In this document: positions 43,586-52,103 of the stretch, in pieces
Layout of the letters: every line of letters starts with the position of its first letter
Position numbering within the stretch: the first letter of the stretch is position 1
Assembly (NCBI GenBank): GCA_965278945.1
Contig: OZ257128.1
Span: 1,426,623-1,490,622, forward strand
DNA length: 64,000 nucleotides
Source of the DNA: Actinomycetes bacterium
GTDB lineage: Bacteria; Actinomycetota; Actinomycetes; S36-B12
Reading direction: 5' to 3'
Program-made: the position numbers and the translations under genes
The notes under the pieces: generated by a model
Databases searched by the model: none
What the model was told of the DNA's origin: nothing
Seen by the model: only the letters and a program-made list of their open reading frames with translations

Positions 43586-44535
43586 CGGGTGACCGACTCC
43601 CCCTTCGCGCTCTGCGTCTGGCCCATGCGCTCGGCGACCTGAAGCGCTGCCGACGTCATGATGTCCAGATTGCCCGCATATGCCGGCAGATAGTGCCCGG
43701 CTCCCTCAACCTCAAGGAACACGCTTACCATCAGGCGGTCGATAGAGGGAAGGCCCGGAGTAAGAACTCGTTCAGTCGATCCGGCCGGGACAGGACGGAA
43801 CTGAACCTGCTGTTTCAGGCGATAGCCCGGTACGTATGCGGCGACTTCGGCGACGACCGCCTCCACCGAGGCGGTTACGGCGTCGCGGTCGACGACATCG
43901 ATGATCGCGACCACGGTGTCGCGCATGAGCAGGGGCGGCTCGGCGGGATTCAGCACGATGATCGCCTTGCCCCGCGTCGCGCCACCGACAACCTCGATTG
44001 CGCGCGACGTGGTCTCGGTGAACTCGTCGATATTGGCGCGTGTTCCCACTCCCGCCGACTTGGAGGCGATCGATGCGACAATCTCCGCGTAGTGAACGGG
44101 CGTCACCCGTGCGATCGCGGCCACGATCGGAATCGTCGCCTGACCGCCACATGTGACCATGTTGACGTTGCGACTGCGCAGGTGCTTATCGAGATTGACG
44201 GAGGGCACAACGTAGGGTCCGATCGCGGCGGGTGTCAGGTCGATGACGCTGACGTGGGTGTCGCGCAGAACGGCGTCGTTGTGCGCATGGGCCGCGGCCG
44301 ACGTTGCGTCGAACACTATTCCGATCTCATCGAACTCGGGAAGCTCGAGGAGACCCTCTACGCCATTGGACACGGCCACGACTCCGAGGCGCGTTGCCCG
44401 CTTCAGTCCGTCAGAGTCGGGGTCGATCCCGACGAGTGCTCCCATCTGAAGCGCGGCGGACGTACGCAGGACCTTGATCATGAGGTCGGTGCCTATGTTC
44501 CCCGAACCGATCACCGCGACCTTGGTCCTCGTCAC
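43582..44535 (-). CDS. acetaldehyde dehydrogenase (acylating) (DmpF/MhpF/BphJ type)
   Basis: It has [32 protein letters not shown] with the catalytic Cys, and the conserved C-terminal region. There is a 4-nt overlap with both neighbours. Confidence 0.9.
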   Translation of the reverse strand: MTRTKVAVIGSGNIGTDLMIKVLRTSAALQMGALVGIDPDSDGLKRATRLGVVAVSNGVEGLLELPEFDEIGIVFDATSAAAHAHNDAVLRDTHVSVIDLTPAAIGPYVVPSVNLDKHLRSRNVNMVTCGGQATIPIVAAIARVTPVHYAEIVASIASKSAGVGTRANIDEFTETTSRAIEVVGGATRGKAIIVLNPAEPPLLMRDTVVAIIDVVDRDAVTASVEAVVAEVAAYVPGYRLKQQVQFRPVPAGSTERVLTPGLPSIDRLMVSVFLEVEGAGHYLPAYAGNLDIMTSAALQVAERMGQTQSAKGESVTR

Positions 44536-45329
44536 GACAGCTCCCGTTCCGCGAATCCGACTGCAACTTTACCCAGGCCGGAGATGTTCACCGTGACCTG
44601 GTCACCGGGTTCAGCCGGCACCATCGGCCCAAGCGCGCCGCTGAGTACAACCTCGCCTGCCCGTAACGGATCTCCGACATCGCGCGACGCGCGGGCCAGC
44701 CACAGGACCGCGAGCAACGGATCCCCGAGGCACGCCCTGCCGGAACCCGAGGACTGGACGGCGCCGTTGACCGTGAGCGTCATCTCGACGTCCCGAGGAA
44801 CGAGGCTCGCGACATCCACAGCCGATGCGCCAAGGACGAAGAGGCCACTCGACGCATTGTCGGCGACCGTGTCGGCGATGGTGATGTCCCACCCCGCGAT
44901 GCGGCTGTCGACGATCTCGATCGCCGCGTGAGCGGACTCGATCGCCGCGAGAATCGACTCGACGGACTCTAGCGAGCCATCGAGGTCACGTCCGAGGACG
45001 AAGGCGATCTCCCCCTCAACCTTGGGCTGCAGCAGCGCGCCCGAAGCCACTGTGCCACCGTCGGCCACGACCATGTCGCTGAGCAGAGAGCCGAAGTCGG
45101 GCTGGTCGACACCGAGCTGACGCTGGACGGCCTCGGATGTCAGGCCGATCTTGCGTCCTATGCGCGCACTTCCCTCCGCGACTCGGCGAGCAACGTTCAC
45201 CGAGGCCACCGCGTATGCGGTTGAGACATCGGTGCTGCCGATCAGGTCGCGAACGGGACTACAGGGCGTGGACGTCTCCTCGGCCTCGCGCAGGCGCGCG
45301 GCGGCCGCCGCAATCGGATCGGTGATCAA
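44532..45329 (-). CDS. 2-oxopent-4-enoate (2-keto-4-pentenoate) hydratase (MhpD/BphH type, FAH fold)
   Basis: The 265-aa product has blocks [32 protein letters not shown] and [12 protein letters not shown] typical of the hydratase/decarboxylase family. It is the first gene of the three-gene lower-pathway unit. Confidence 0.85.
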   Translation of the reverse strand: MITDPIAAAAARLREAEETSTPCSPVRDLIGSTDVSTAYAVASVNVARRVAEGSARIGRKIGLTSEAVQRQLGVDQPDFGSLLSDMVVADGGTVASGALLQPKVEGEIAFVLGRDLDGSLESVESILAAIESAHAAIEIVDSRIAGWDITIADTVADNASSGLFVLGASAVDVASLVPRDVEMTLTVNGAVQSSGSGRACLGDPLLAVLWLARASRDVGDPLRAGEVVLSGALGPMVPAEPGDQVTVNISGLGKVAVGFAERELS

Positions 45330-45405
45330 GCCGGGCCCTCCTTGTCAACGCGGCGGCGCCGCTTCTGGGTCAGGTATAGACGCAAGCGAGCCGACACACC
45401 ACACT

Positions 45406-45424
45406 CTGTTCCATGCCACGGAAC
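45406..45424. promoter_or_regulatory. candidate IclR-type operator: inverted repeat TGTTCC-N7-GGAACA
   Basis: A perfect 6-bp-arm palindrome spans the IclR start codon (45413) in the 83-bp divergent intergenic region. The function is inferred only from position and symmetry. Confidence 0.25.
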
Positions 45425-46240
45425 AAAAGGTCGCGAGCAGGAGCGAATCCGATGGCCGGGACCGTTTCGAGGCCTCGTCAGCCAGCCGCCGATGATCCGC
45501 GACTGAGCATGCTTGAGCGTGGTGTGCACGTTCTACAGGCGTTCCGGCCGACGGGACAGCCGATGGGCCTCTCCGAGATCGCCAGGCGCACTGACCTACC
45601 CAAGACGACCACGCACCGACTCATCGCGGAGCTCGAGTCCCTCGGACTTCTCAACCGCGGTCCCGATGGCTACGTCCTTGGTCACGCGATCTTCGAGCTC
45701 GGGGAGCTCGTACCGATCAAGAAGGAGCTCCGAGAGGCTGCACTGCCGTTCATGCAGGACCTCTACGTGGCGACGCATGAGACTGTGCACCTCGGCGTGC
45801 GTGACGATCTGGATGTCCTCTACGCCGAGAAAATTCGAGGCCACTCAGGCATTGACATGCCTTCTCGCGTCGGTGGGAGACTGCCGCTCTCCTGTACAGG
45901 CATTGGCAAGACGCTCCTCGCATTCTCGTCAGACAGCCTAATTTCCGAGGTGCTCTCACGTCCGCTGCGTCGTCTCACCGAGTTCTCAATCACTGATCCA
46001 ACCGTGCTCACCGACGAACTCGCGGCGATCCTCACTGCGGGCGTGGGCTACGACCGCGCAGAGGCAACAGTCGGCGTCAGTTGCGTCGCCGCGCCCGTGC
46101 TCCTGCGCGGAGAGCCGGTCGCCGCACTGTCAATCTCCGTGCCATCGTCACAGATGCATCCCGCTCGCCTTGCTCCGGCAGTCAAGACTGCAGCGCTTGC
46201 ACTGTCGCGATTCCTTCAAGCAAACCGACTGTCATCCTGA
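45413..46240 (+). CDS. IclR-family transcriptional regulator
   Basis: It has the HTH MLERGVHVLQAFRPTGQPMGLSEIARRTDLPKTTTHRLIAELESLGLL, followed by an IclR effector domain. It is divergent from the hydratase/dehydrogenase/aldolase unit, as MhpR is. Confidence 0.85.
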   Translation: MPRNKRSRAGANPMAGTVSRPRQPAADDPRLSMLERGVHVLQAFRPTGQPMGLSEIARRTDLPKTTTHRLIAELESLGLLNRGPDGYVLGHAIFELGELVPIKKELREAALPFMQDLYVATHETVHLGVRDDLDVLYAEKIRGHSGIDMPSRVGGRLPLSCTGIGKTLLAFSSDSLISEVLSRPLRRLTEFSITDPTVLTDELAAILTAGVGYDRAEATVGVSCVAAPVLLRGEPVAALSISVPSSQMHPARLAPAVKTAALALSRFLQANRLSS

Positions 46241-46950
46241 CGTGCGAGGCGCCGAGGGCCGCCGCCTGTTGGTCGAAGATCGCGAGAGAGGCGATACACC
46301 AATGGCGTGCCAGTCGGGACATCCAGACTAGAGAGGGCCGCGCCGGCGCGCTGCTCTATGAGAACCATCAGCGCTCGCATCGAGTTGCCGTGAGCCGTCA
46401 CAAGCGTCAGGTGCCCGCTCCTGAGGTCGGGAACAATCGATTCGATCCAGTACGGGACGAGCCTTCGAGCGACATCCTCGATGCTCTCGCCCCAGGGCCG
46501 CGATCCAGGAGCCAAAGAGCGATACCGCGAGTCAGTGAGTTGCCTCGTCTCGTCGGTGAACTCCTGCGGAGGCGGGCGAGTTGAATACGAACGGCGCCAG
46601 CGCATGACCTGCTCCGCGCCGTACTCCTCGATCGCATCCGCCCGGGACCGCCCCTGCAACGCGCCGTAGTGACGTTCATTGAGCCTCCAGGTCCGCCGGA
46701 CGGGGATCCAGTCGCGACCGCACGCCTCAAGCGCAAGGTCAGCAGTACGCACGGCGCGGTGCAGTAGTGACGTATGCACCACATCAGGGAGCAGACCGGC
46801 AGCAGCGAGCAACCTTCCCGCCTCAGCCGCCTCGTGCTCCCCGACAGTCGTTAGATGAACGTCGACCCAACCCGCGAAGCGCTCTTCGACATTCCACTCA
46901 CTCTCGCCATGGCGCAGGAGAATCAAGGTACTCGGCGCGACAACTGACAC
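46216..46950 (-). CDS. gpmA: 2,3-bisphosphoglycerate-dependent phosphoglycerate mutase (histidine phosphatase family)
   Basis: It has LILLRHGESEWN, RLNERHYGALQG and AHGNSMRAL. The GTG at 46950 gives about 244 aa. The ORF-track extension to 47052 is not supported. Confidence 0.8.
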   Translation of the reverse strand: MSVVAPSTLILLRHGESEWNVEERFAGWVDVHLTTVGEHEAAEAGRLLAAAGLLPDVVHTSLLHRAVRTADLALEACGRDWIPVRRTWRLNERHYGALQGRSRADAIEEYGAEQVMRWRRSYSTRPPPQEFTDETRQLTDSRYRSLAPGSRPWGESIEDVARRLVPYWIESIVPDLRSGHLTLVTAHGNSMRALMVLIEQRAGAALSSLDVPTGTPLVYRLSRDLRPTGGGPRRLARQDDSRFA

Positions 46951-47089
46951 GGGATGAGTTTCCAGCAAACCCAGGCAGTCAGTGAAGGCAGGGTAGCGCG
47001 AGGCTGATGAATCCTCATTGCGTCGCCGACCCCAATATCCGTCATGGAACAAGGGCGGCCCTCGACACTAGATTCGTATACTTCGGTCG

Positions 47090-47250
47090 CTCGGCAGTGG
47101 GACCGGTCGCGCCCTTCTCAATCACGATGCTCATATGGCGACCGGGGAGAGCCTCGGCTGCGGAGGACTTCCGCAGTTTTGTGTCACCGGCCCGATGATG
47201 GCCGTGGCGTCGTAATAGCGGGCATCTGCCCCCACCAACTCGACCCAACT
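47090..47250 (-). pseudogene. mosaic of three short gene fragments: hydrolase N-terminus, LigB-type dioxygenase middle, Gfo/Idh/MocA C-terminal piece
   Basis: WVELVGADARYYDA (47206-47247) resembles VWVELLGAEVRYYDA of the hydrolase. IIGPVTQNCGSPPQPRL (47149-47199) resembles MIVPVTQNCGIPPQPRL of LigB-A. SIVIEKGATGPTAE (47090-47131) resembles EITIEKGATGRTAE of the oxidoreductase. Nucleotide identity to the intact genes is roughly 80-85 percent by eye. Confidence 0.45.
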
Positions 47251-47914
47251 GGCCCTACTCGCTGCTGGACTCCCGCTACGGCAGGTCAGACCGACTGGAC
47301 TGCGGGACCGTATTCGTTCGGCGTGAGCGACGCCCATGATTGGATAGAATGGTCTAATGATTGTACTTAGTTCCAAGGCCAAGAACGGAGTTACGTTGGC
47401 CGAGACGCCTGGGGAACCCATCAGGTCCCCAATTGCGGTTGTTGTATTGGGAACGAGCGCCCCGCGCTGGGATCTCGGGACAATGCGCGAGTGGCGGTGG
47501 GTGAACGGGGAGGCCGATGTCTGGGAGGGACTAGTTGACCTAGGGGACGACGGAAGGTCGTGGATTCGTGGAGATCGCCTGAGGAGAATCGCAGTATGCG
47601 AGAAGCCCTGAGGGATCGAGGCACGGTGACGCCCGTCTGAGTTGAGGCCTTCCCTCGTCAGGCTCAGGTCAACTATTCGATCGTGCGACTTAGTTCCCAT
47701 GTCGTCACCGCGCTAACAGAAGCTCCTGCGGATTCCTTAGACTCGGCCCTGCTTCGCCTCGGATCGTCACTCGCTACTGGTCCGCACTGCGGATTCGAGA
47801 TACCTCGCGCATGCGCTATCCGTGGGTTCAAGCCGGATCGCACCAAAAGTGCCAAGCAGGGGGCCGGGCCGCAGTTCTTGTCCGAGACATCGTCACTTAC
47901 AGGCTAATGAGAAT

Positions 47915-48313
47915 TTAGAGGAGGCCATCAACGATGTCGGCCAGATGGCGCAACAGTGGTGCGGCCAGCGCGCGCTCGGTGTCCGAGAGTCCGCCCCACG
48001 CGCCCGCGAGGTGGTCGGCGACGACTTCGCGCTTGGTGTCAAGGAACTCCTCGCCCTGCGGGGTTAACGTCACCGCACGTCGACGCGCATCCGTCGTGTC
48101 TGCGACGACCTGCGCGAGGCCCTGCCGGACCAGTCCAGCGACGCTACGCGTGACGGTGGGTTGCGACAGGCCCGCCAACTCGGCGACCGCGCTGATCCCG
48201 GCGACGCCGGTCTCATCGATAGCGTCCATTAACACCAACTGGGGGACGGTGATGTCCTCAAACAGGGGTTGCATGCGCCCCCGAGTGCGACGAGCGGCCG
48301 CGAGGAAGGCCAT
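47915..48313 (-). CDS. MarR-family transcriptional regulator
   Basis: It has the winged-HTH region VPQLVLMDAIDETGVAGISAVAELAGLSQPTVTRSVAGLVRQGLAQVVADTTDARRRAVTLTPQGEEF. The ATG at 48313 (or 48274) is the likely start. The upstream part of the ORF is an unrelated gene fragment. Confidence 0.75.
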   Translation of the reverse strand: MAFLAAARRTRGRMQPLFEDITVPQLVLMDAIDETGVAGISAVAELAGLSQPTVTRSVAGLVRQGLAQVVADTTDARRRAVTLTPQGEEFLDTKREVVADHLAGAWGGLSDTERALAAPLLRHLADIVDGLL

Positions 48314-48319
48314 GAGAGC

Positions 48320-48511
48320 GCCGGCACGAGAGAAGTGATGCGAAAGGAACCCGACGAACACCAGGCAGAGATGGATCCTGCCGAGGTGCTCGCCGAGCAT
48401 CCGACCGGCCATCTTCGGGCACCCCAAGTACAGGCCCACGGAAATCATGAACACGACTATGCCGAAGACGGTGTTGTGGAAGTGCGCGATAACGAAGTCG
48501 ACCCCATTCGC
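48320..48511 (-). pseudogene. heme-copper (cytochrome c) oxidase subunit I fragment
   Basis: DFVIAHFHNTVFGIVVFMISVGLYLGCPKMAGRMLGEHLGRIHLCLVFVGF resembles the conserved F(V/I)VAHFH......PKMTGRML.E.LGK.HF.L.F.GF helices of CtaD/CoxI. Only about 65 of about 550 codons are present, fused in frame to the MarR ORF. Confidence 0.55.
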
Positions 48512-48619
48512 CACTCGGGTAGTCGAAACAGCACGAGTTGCGGGATGGTGATGCAAGGTTACGTCCGCCGGTTCACGACGATGTATGCGTCGAAATCCCC
48601 ATCAGGTGGGAGGGTGGGT

Positions 48620-49258
48620 TCAAGACAGTCCGAGCGTTACCGGCGCGCCGGTTCGGGACGCTAATTCGTCGAACGTCATTTCTGGGGCGAGTTCACGCAC
48701 GACGAAACCGTCGGGAGCAATATCCAGAACGGCCCGGTCGGTTATGACTCGATGGACAACGCCCTTTCCTGTGAGAGGCAGCGTGCAGTTCTCGACCAGC
48801 TTGAAGGATCCATCCTTGGCGATGTGTTCCATGAGGACGATTACGCGATGTGCTCCGTGAACGAGATCCATCGCTCCGCCCATGCCTTTGACCGATGTTC
48901 CCGGAACCATCCAATTGGCAAGATCGCCGCAGGCCGAGACCTGCATGCCCCCGAGGACCGCGATATCGATCTTGCCGCCGCGGATCATTCCGAATGATGT
49001 CGCTGAGTCAAAGGTTGAGCCTCCGCGCCTGACCGTTACCGTCTCTTTGCCGGCGTTGATTACATCAGGATCCTCACCGCCCGTGAATGGGTAAGGCCCC
49101 ATGCCAAGTAGGCCATTCTCGGATTGAAGAACGATGTCCAGATCTTCTGACAGGTGTGCGGGGATGAGGGTCGGCAACCCAATTCCGAGGTTGACGTACA
49201 TTCCGTCCGAAAGTTCGGAGGCGGCTCGCGACGCCATCTCCTCTCGGGTCCAGGGCAT
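48620..49258 (-). CDS. 3-oxoacid/3-oxoadipate CoA-transferase subunit B
   Basis: It has [26 protein letters not shown] and [12 protein letters not shown] with the catalytic Glu region. It directly follows the subunit A gene. Confidence 0.9.
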   Translation of the reverse strand: MPWTREEMASRAASELSDGMYVNLGIGLPTLIPAHLSEDLDIVLQSENGLLGMGPYPFTGGEDPDVINAGKETVTVRRGGSTFDSATSFGMIRGGKIDIAVLGGMQVSACGDLANWMVPGTSVKGMGGAMDLVHGAHRVIVLMEHIAKDGSFKLVENCTLPLTGKGVVHRVITDRAVLDIAPDGFVVRELAPEMTFDELASRTGAPVTLGLS

Positions 49259-50065
49259 TTAGCGGTCCGTTGAACGCATGTGAGGCCGAACCCTGAGTCG
49301 CTCGACGTGCTTGTCGGCTGCTTGTCCTGGAGTCAATGGTACGACTCGGTTAACAAAGACCCCGGGCGTGTGGATCTCATCGGGATCAAGTTCTCCGAGC
49401 TCGACGAGATTCTCTACTTCCGCAATGGTTATGATGCCTGCCATTGCCGCAATGGGATTGAAGTTGCGGGCTGTGCGCCGGTAGACGAGGTTCCCGTGTC
49501 GATCGCCCTTCCATGCGCGGACCAGAGCAAAGTCTGCGGTGATTGCTTCTTCCAGGACAAATGTCTCGTCGCCGGTACGTGTACGAAACTCGCGAGTCGG
49601 CTTCGGTGGTGAGGCCGTGAGTATTTCGCCCTCATCGCCGTACTTCCACGGAAGTCCTCCCTCGGCTATTGCGGTTCCAACGCCCGCAGGAACGTAGAAC
49701 GCGGGTATGCCGCAACCCCCAGCCCGTAAGCGTTCAGCCAGGCTGCCCTGTGGCGTCAGCTCGACTTCCAGTTCACCCGCCAGATATTGACGTGCAAACT
49801 CCTTGTTCTCGCCAACGTACGATGCAACGATGCGACGGATTCGGTGAGCCGCAAGGAGTTTCCCCAGTCCGAAGTTGTCTGTTCCGGCGTTGTTGGACAC
49901 GACTTCGAGATCCGTGACGCCCGACGCCAAGACTGCGTCGAGGAGGACGGTCGGGATTCCGCAAAGCCCGAAGCCCCCGACTGCAACCAGCGATCCCGAG
50001 GCGAGGCCGACGATGGCACTATCAGCCGACGTAAAGACTTTATCCACCGTCATCGTTCCCTTCAT
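49259..50065 (-). CDS. 3-oxoacid/3-oxoadipate CoA-transferase subunit A
   Basis: It has VAVGGFGLCGIPTVLLDAVLASGVTDLEVVSNNAG and EVELTPQGSLAERLRAGGCGIPAFY. An ATG at 50053 is an alternative start. Confidence 0.9.
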   Translation of the reverse strand: MKGTMTVDKVFTSADSAIVGLASGSLVAVGGFGLCGIPTVLLDAVLASGVTDLEVVSNNAGTDNFGLGKLLAAHRIRRIVASYVGENKEFARQYLAGELEVELTPQGSLAERLRAGGCGIPAFYVPAGVGTAIAEGGLPWKYGDEGEILTASPPKPTREFRTRTGDETFVLEEAITADFALVRAWKGDRHGNLVYRRTARNFNPIAAMAGIITIAEVENLVELGELDPDEIHTPGVFVNRVVPLTPGQAADKHVERLRVRPHMRSTDR

Positions 50066-50136
50066 GCCGACGCCTATGGAATCGCTCGTTCACCCAGAGG
50101 TCAACCAATCGGTGCCAGAGTGGAGGAAGATGCTCG

Positions 50137-50973
50137 ATGAACGAAAGTTGTTCGACGGATTGTTCATCCAATGAACGCGCCGCGCGTACTGTCTCTCATG
50201 TGGGTAGACCGTCGAATCTCGTACGTCGCACGTCAGCAGCGCTGCGCGCACTCGGAGGCGCTGATGTGAAAGGGCTGTCGACAACAGACGTTGCGGCGTT
50301 CGTGGACGTGCCTCGCCCGACGGTGCACAGAATTCTCACACAACTGCTGGCTGAGGGATTCGCTGACAGGGATGAGCGGTCAGGGCGCTGGTTTCCTGGA
50401 CCCGAGCTTTATATTGCGGGGAACGCAGCTGCTCGACGATTCGACGTTGCAAATACCGCCCTTCCCATCGTCAGGCGGCTCGCTGACGAGTCCGGTGAGA
50501 GCTCGTTTCTCTCGGTGCGGCGAGGTGACGAGACCATCTGCCTTCTGCGAGAGGATGGGAGCTTCCCCCTGCGGTCCTATGTGCTCGACGAGGGGTCGCG
50601 CTTTCCCCTGGGAGTCGTATCGGCTGGTCTAGCGGTCATCGCTCATCTGCCGGACGCCGAGATTGACCGCTACCTTCATTCCGTCGATCTCACACCGCGC
50701 TGGGGGCTCGAACATGGCGAGGAGGCACTCCGAGCGAGGATTGCAACCACGCGCGCTGACGGATATGCCACCAACCCCGGTCTCATTCAGGAGGGAAGCT
50801 GGGGAATGGCGGCAGCGGTCTTCGACGTGGCGGGTCGACCACAGTGGGCGCTCAGCGTCACCGGGGTCCAAGCACGTTTTACAATCTCGCGACGCCCGGA
50901 GCTCGGGCAGCGCTTGTTGAAATGCGCTCACGAACTGGGTCATTTGATGCGAGGACAGGCCACACCGGCCTGA
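50137..50973 (+). CDS. IclR-family transcriptional regulator (PcaR-like position, divergent from the CoA-transferase genes)
   Basis: It has the HTH LRALGGADVKGLSTTDVAAFVDVPRPTVHRILTQLLAEGF plus an effector domain. The start is uncertain; a GTG at 50200 is an alternative. Confidence 0.8.
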   Translation: MNESCSTDCSSNERAARTVSHVGRPSNLVRRTSAALRALGGADVKGLSTTDVAAFVDVPRPTVHRILTQLLAEGFADRDERSGRWFPGPELYIAGNAAARRFDVANTALPIVRRLADESGESSFLSVRRGDETICLLREDGSFPLRSYVLDEGSRFPLGVVSAGLAVIAHLPDAEIDRYLHSVDLTPRWGLEHGEEALRARIATTRADGYATNPGLIQEGSWGMAAAVFDVAGRPQWALSVTGVQARFTISRRPELGQRLLKCAHELGHLMRGQATPA

Positions 50974-51075
50974 CCTCCTTGGTTCCGGAGCGGGCGAGAG
51001 CCTACCGGCGGACGCGACGTGGATGTGACCGCACGAGCCCAAAAGTGTCTGCTGAGTGCTGCGGGTGCATGCCAA

Positions 51076-51990
51076 TCAATGCGCCTCGTCGACCACGGTC
51101 AGGAACTGCGTAATGGAGGCGACGAATGCGTCGTTGCTAACCCCGGCCACCATGTGACCTGCATTCGGGACCAGCACCGTCCGAGCATGAGGCACCGCAT
51201 CGAGAAGCTCTTGTTGTCCTTGATCGACAACCACATCTGACTCGGCCCCGCGCACCAAAAGAAGCGGCATGTCCAACATTCGCGTGCGCGCGAGAATCTG
51301 ATCTCCGTCGGCACCTGGTGTTGGCTCATCATTCTGGCTGCCTCCGATCACTGCCGGGTCCCAATGCCAGTACCACCGTCCGTCTTCGCGATACCGCACG
51401 TTCTTCTTCAGACCCTCGTCGTTTCGTGGGCGCTTGCGACTGGTGTAGGACTCGATCGCCGCCGCGACGTCACCGAGGGATTCGAAGCCGCCCAGGTTCG
51501 CCAGCATGAACTGCCGTATGCGGCCAACCCCATCAGGATCCGGACGCGGCACAGCGTCTACAAGGATGAGGGCTCGCACCAAGTCGGGCACGTTCGAAGC
51601 CATCCAGATGGCAGCTATCCCGCCGAGTGACGCCCCCACGAGAACAGCCGGAGTTGATAGGGAAAGGCACACGGTCTCAATGTCTGAGGCGTGGTCGCTA
51701 ACGCCATAACGACGATTTGCGGACCAGTCGCTTTGCCCGTGTCCGCGCAAGTCGATCGCTGTCGATGTCCACCCATCGAGGGCCAACGTGGGAGCAGCAC
51801 TTCCCCACGAGTGCCGGGTCTGCCCCCCCCCGTGCAGTAGAACAACGTCGCCCTTACTAGTTCTACTGCGGGGTGTCCACTGATCACCCCGCAGTACGAC
51901 GCCATGTCCCCTGAACTCCACTTCCTCGCACTTCACTTCATCGTGCGTCGCATCTCCGGTGCCCATCGCGGCGAGGGAAAAGAAGTCCAT
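51076..51990 (-). CDS. alpha/beta-fold hydrolase
   Basis: It has VVLLHGGGQTRHSW, the nucleophile elbow GASLGG, and a C-terminal NAGHMV histidine region. Confidence 0.8.
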   Translation of the reverse strand: MDFFSLAAMGTGDATHDEVKCEEVEFRGHGVVLRGDQWTPRSRTSKGDVVLLHGGGQTRHSWGSAAPTLALDGWTSTAIDLRGHGQSDWSANRRYGVSDHASDIETVCLSLSTPAVLVGASLGGIAAIWMASNVPDLVRALILVDAVPRPDPDGVGRIRQFMLANLGGFESLGDVAAAIESYTSRKRPRNDEGLKKNVRYREDGRWYWHWDPAVIGGSQNDEPTPGADGDQILARTRMLDMPLLLVRGAESDVVVDQGQQELLDAVPHARTVLVPNAGHMVAGVSNDAFVASITQFLTVVDEAH

Positions 51991-52103
51991 CGTCTCACTC
52001 TACCGCATGGGGGCCGAGCGCTCGGTTGACTGGGGCGGCACCCTGAGTTATGTTCGGTCCGACCCGATTGCTGGTCAGGACAATTTAGGGACGAAGGGCG
52101 CGC

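Noticed and set aside
47131-47700. A 189-aa minus-strand ORF as a possible gene
   Set aside because: Only its last about 39 codons resemble anything (hydrolase and LigB fragments fused together). The rest is in an AT-richer region with poor codon usage, so it is interpreted as debris.
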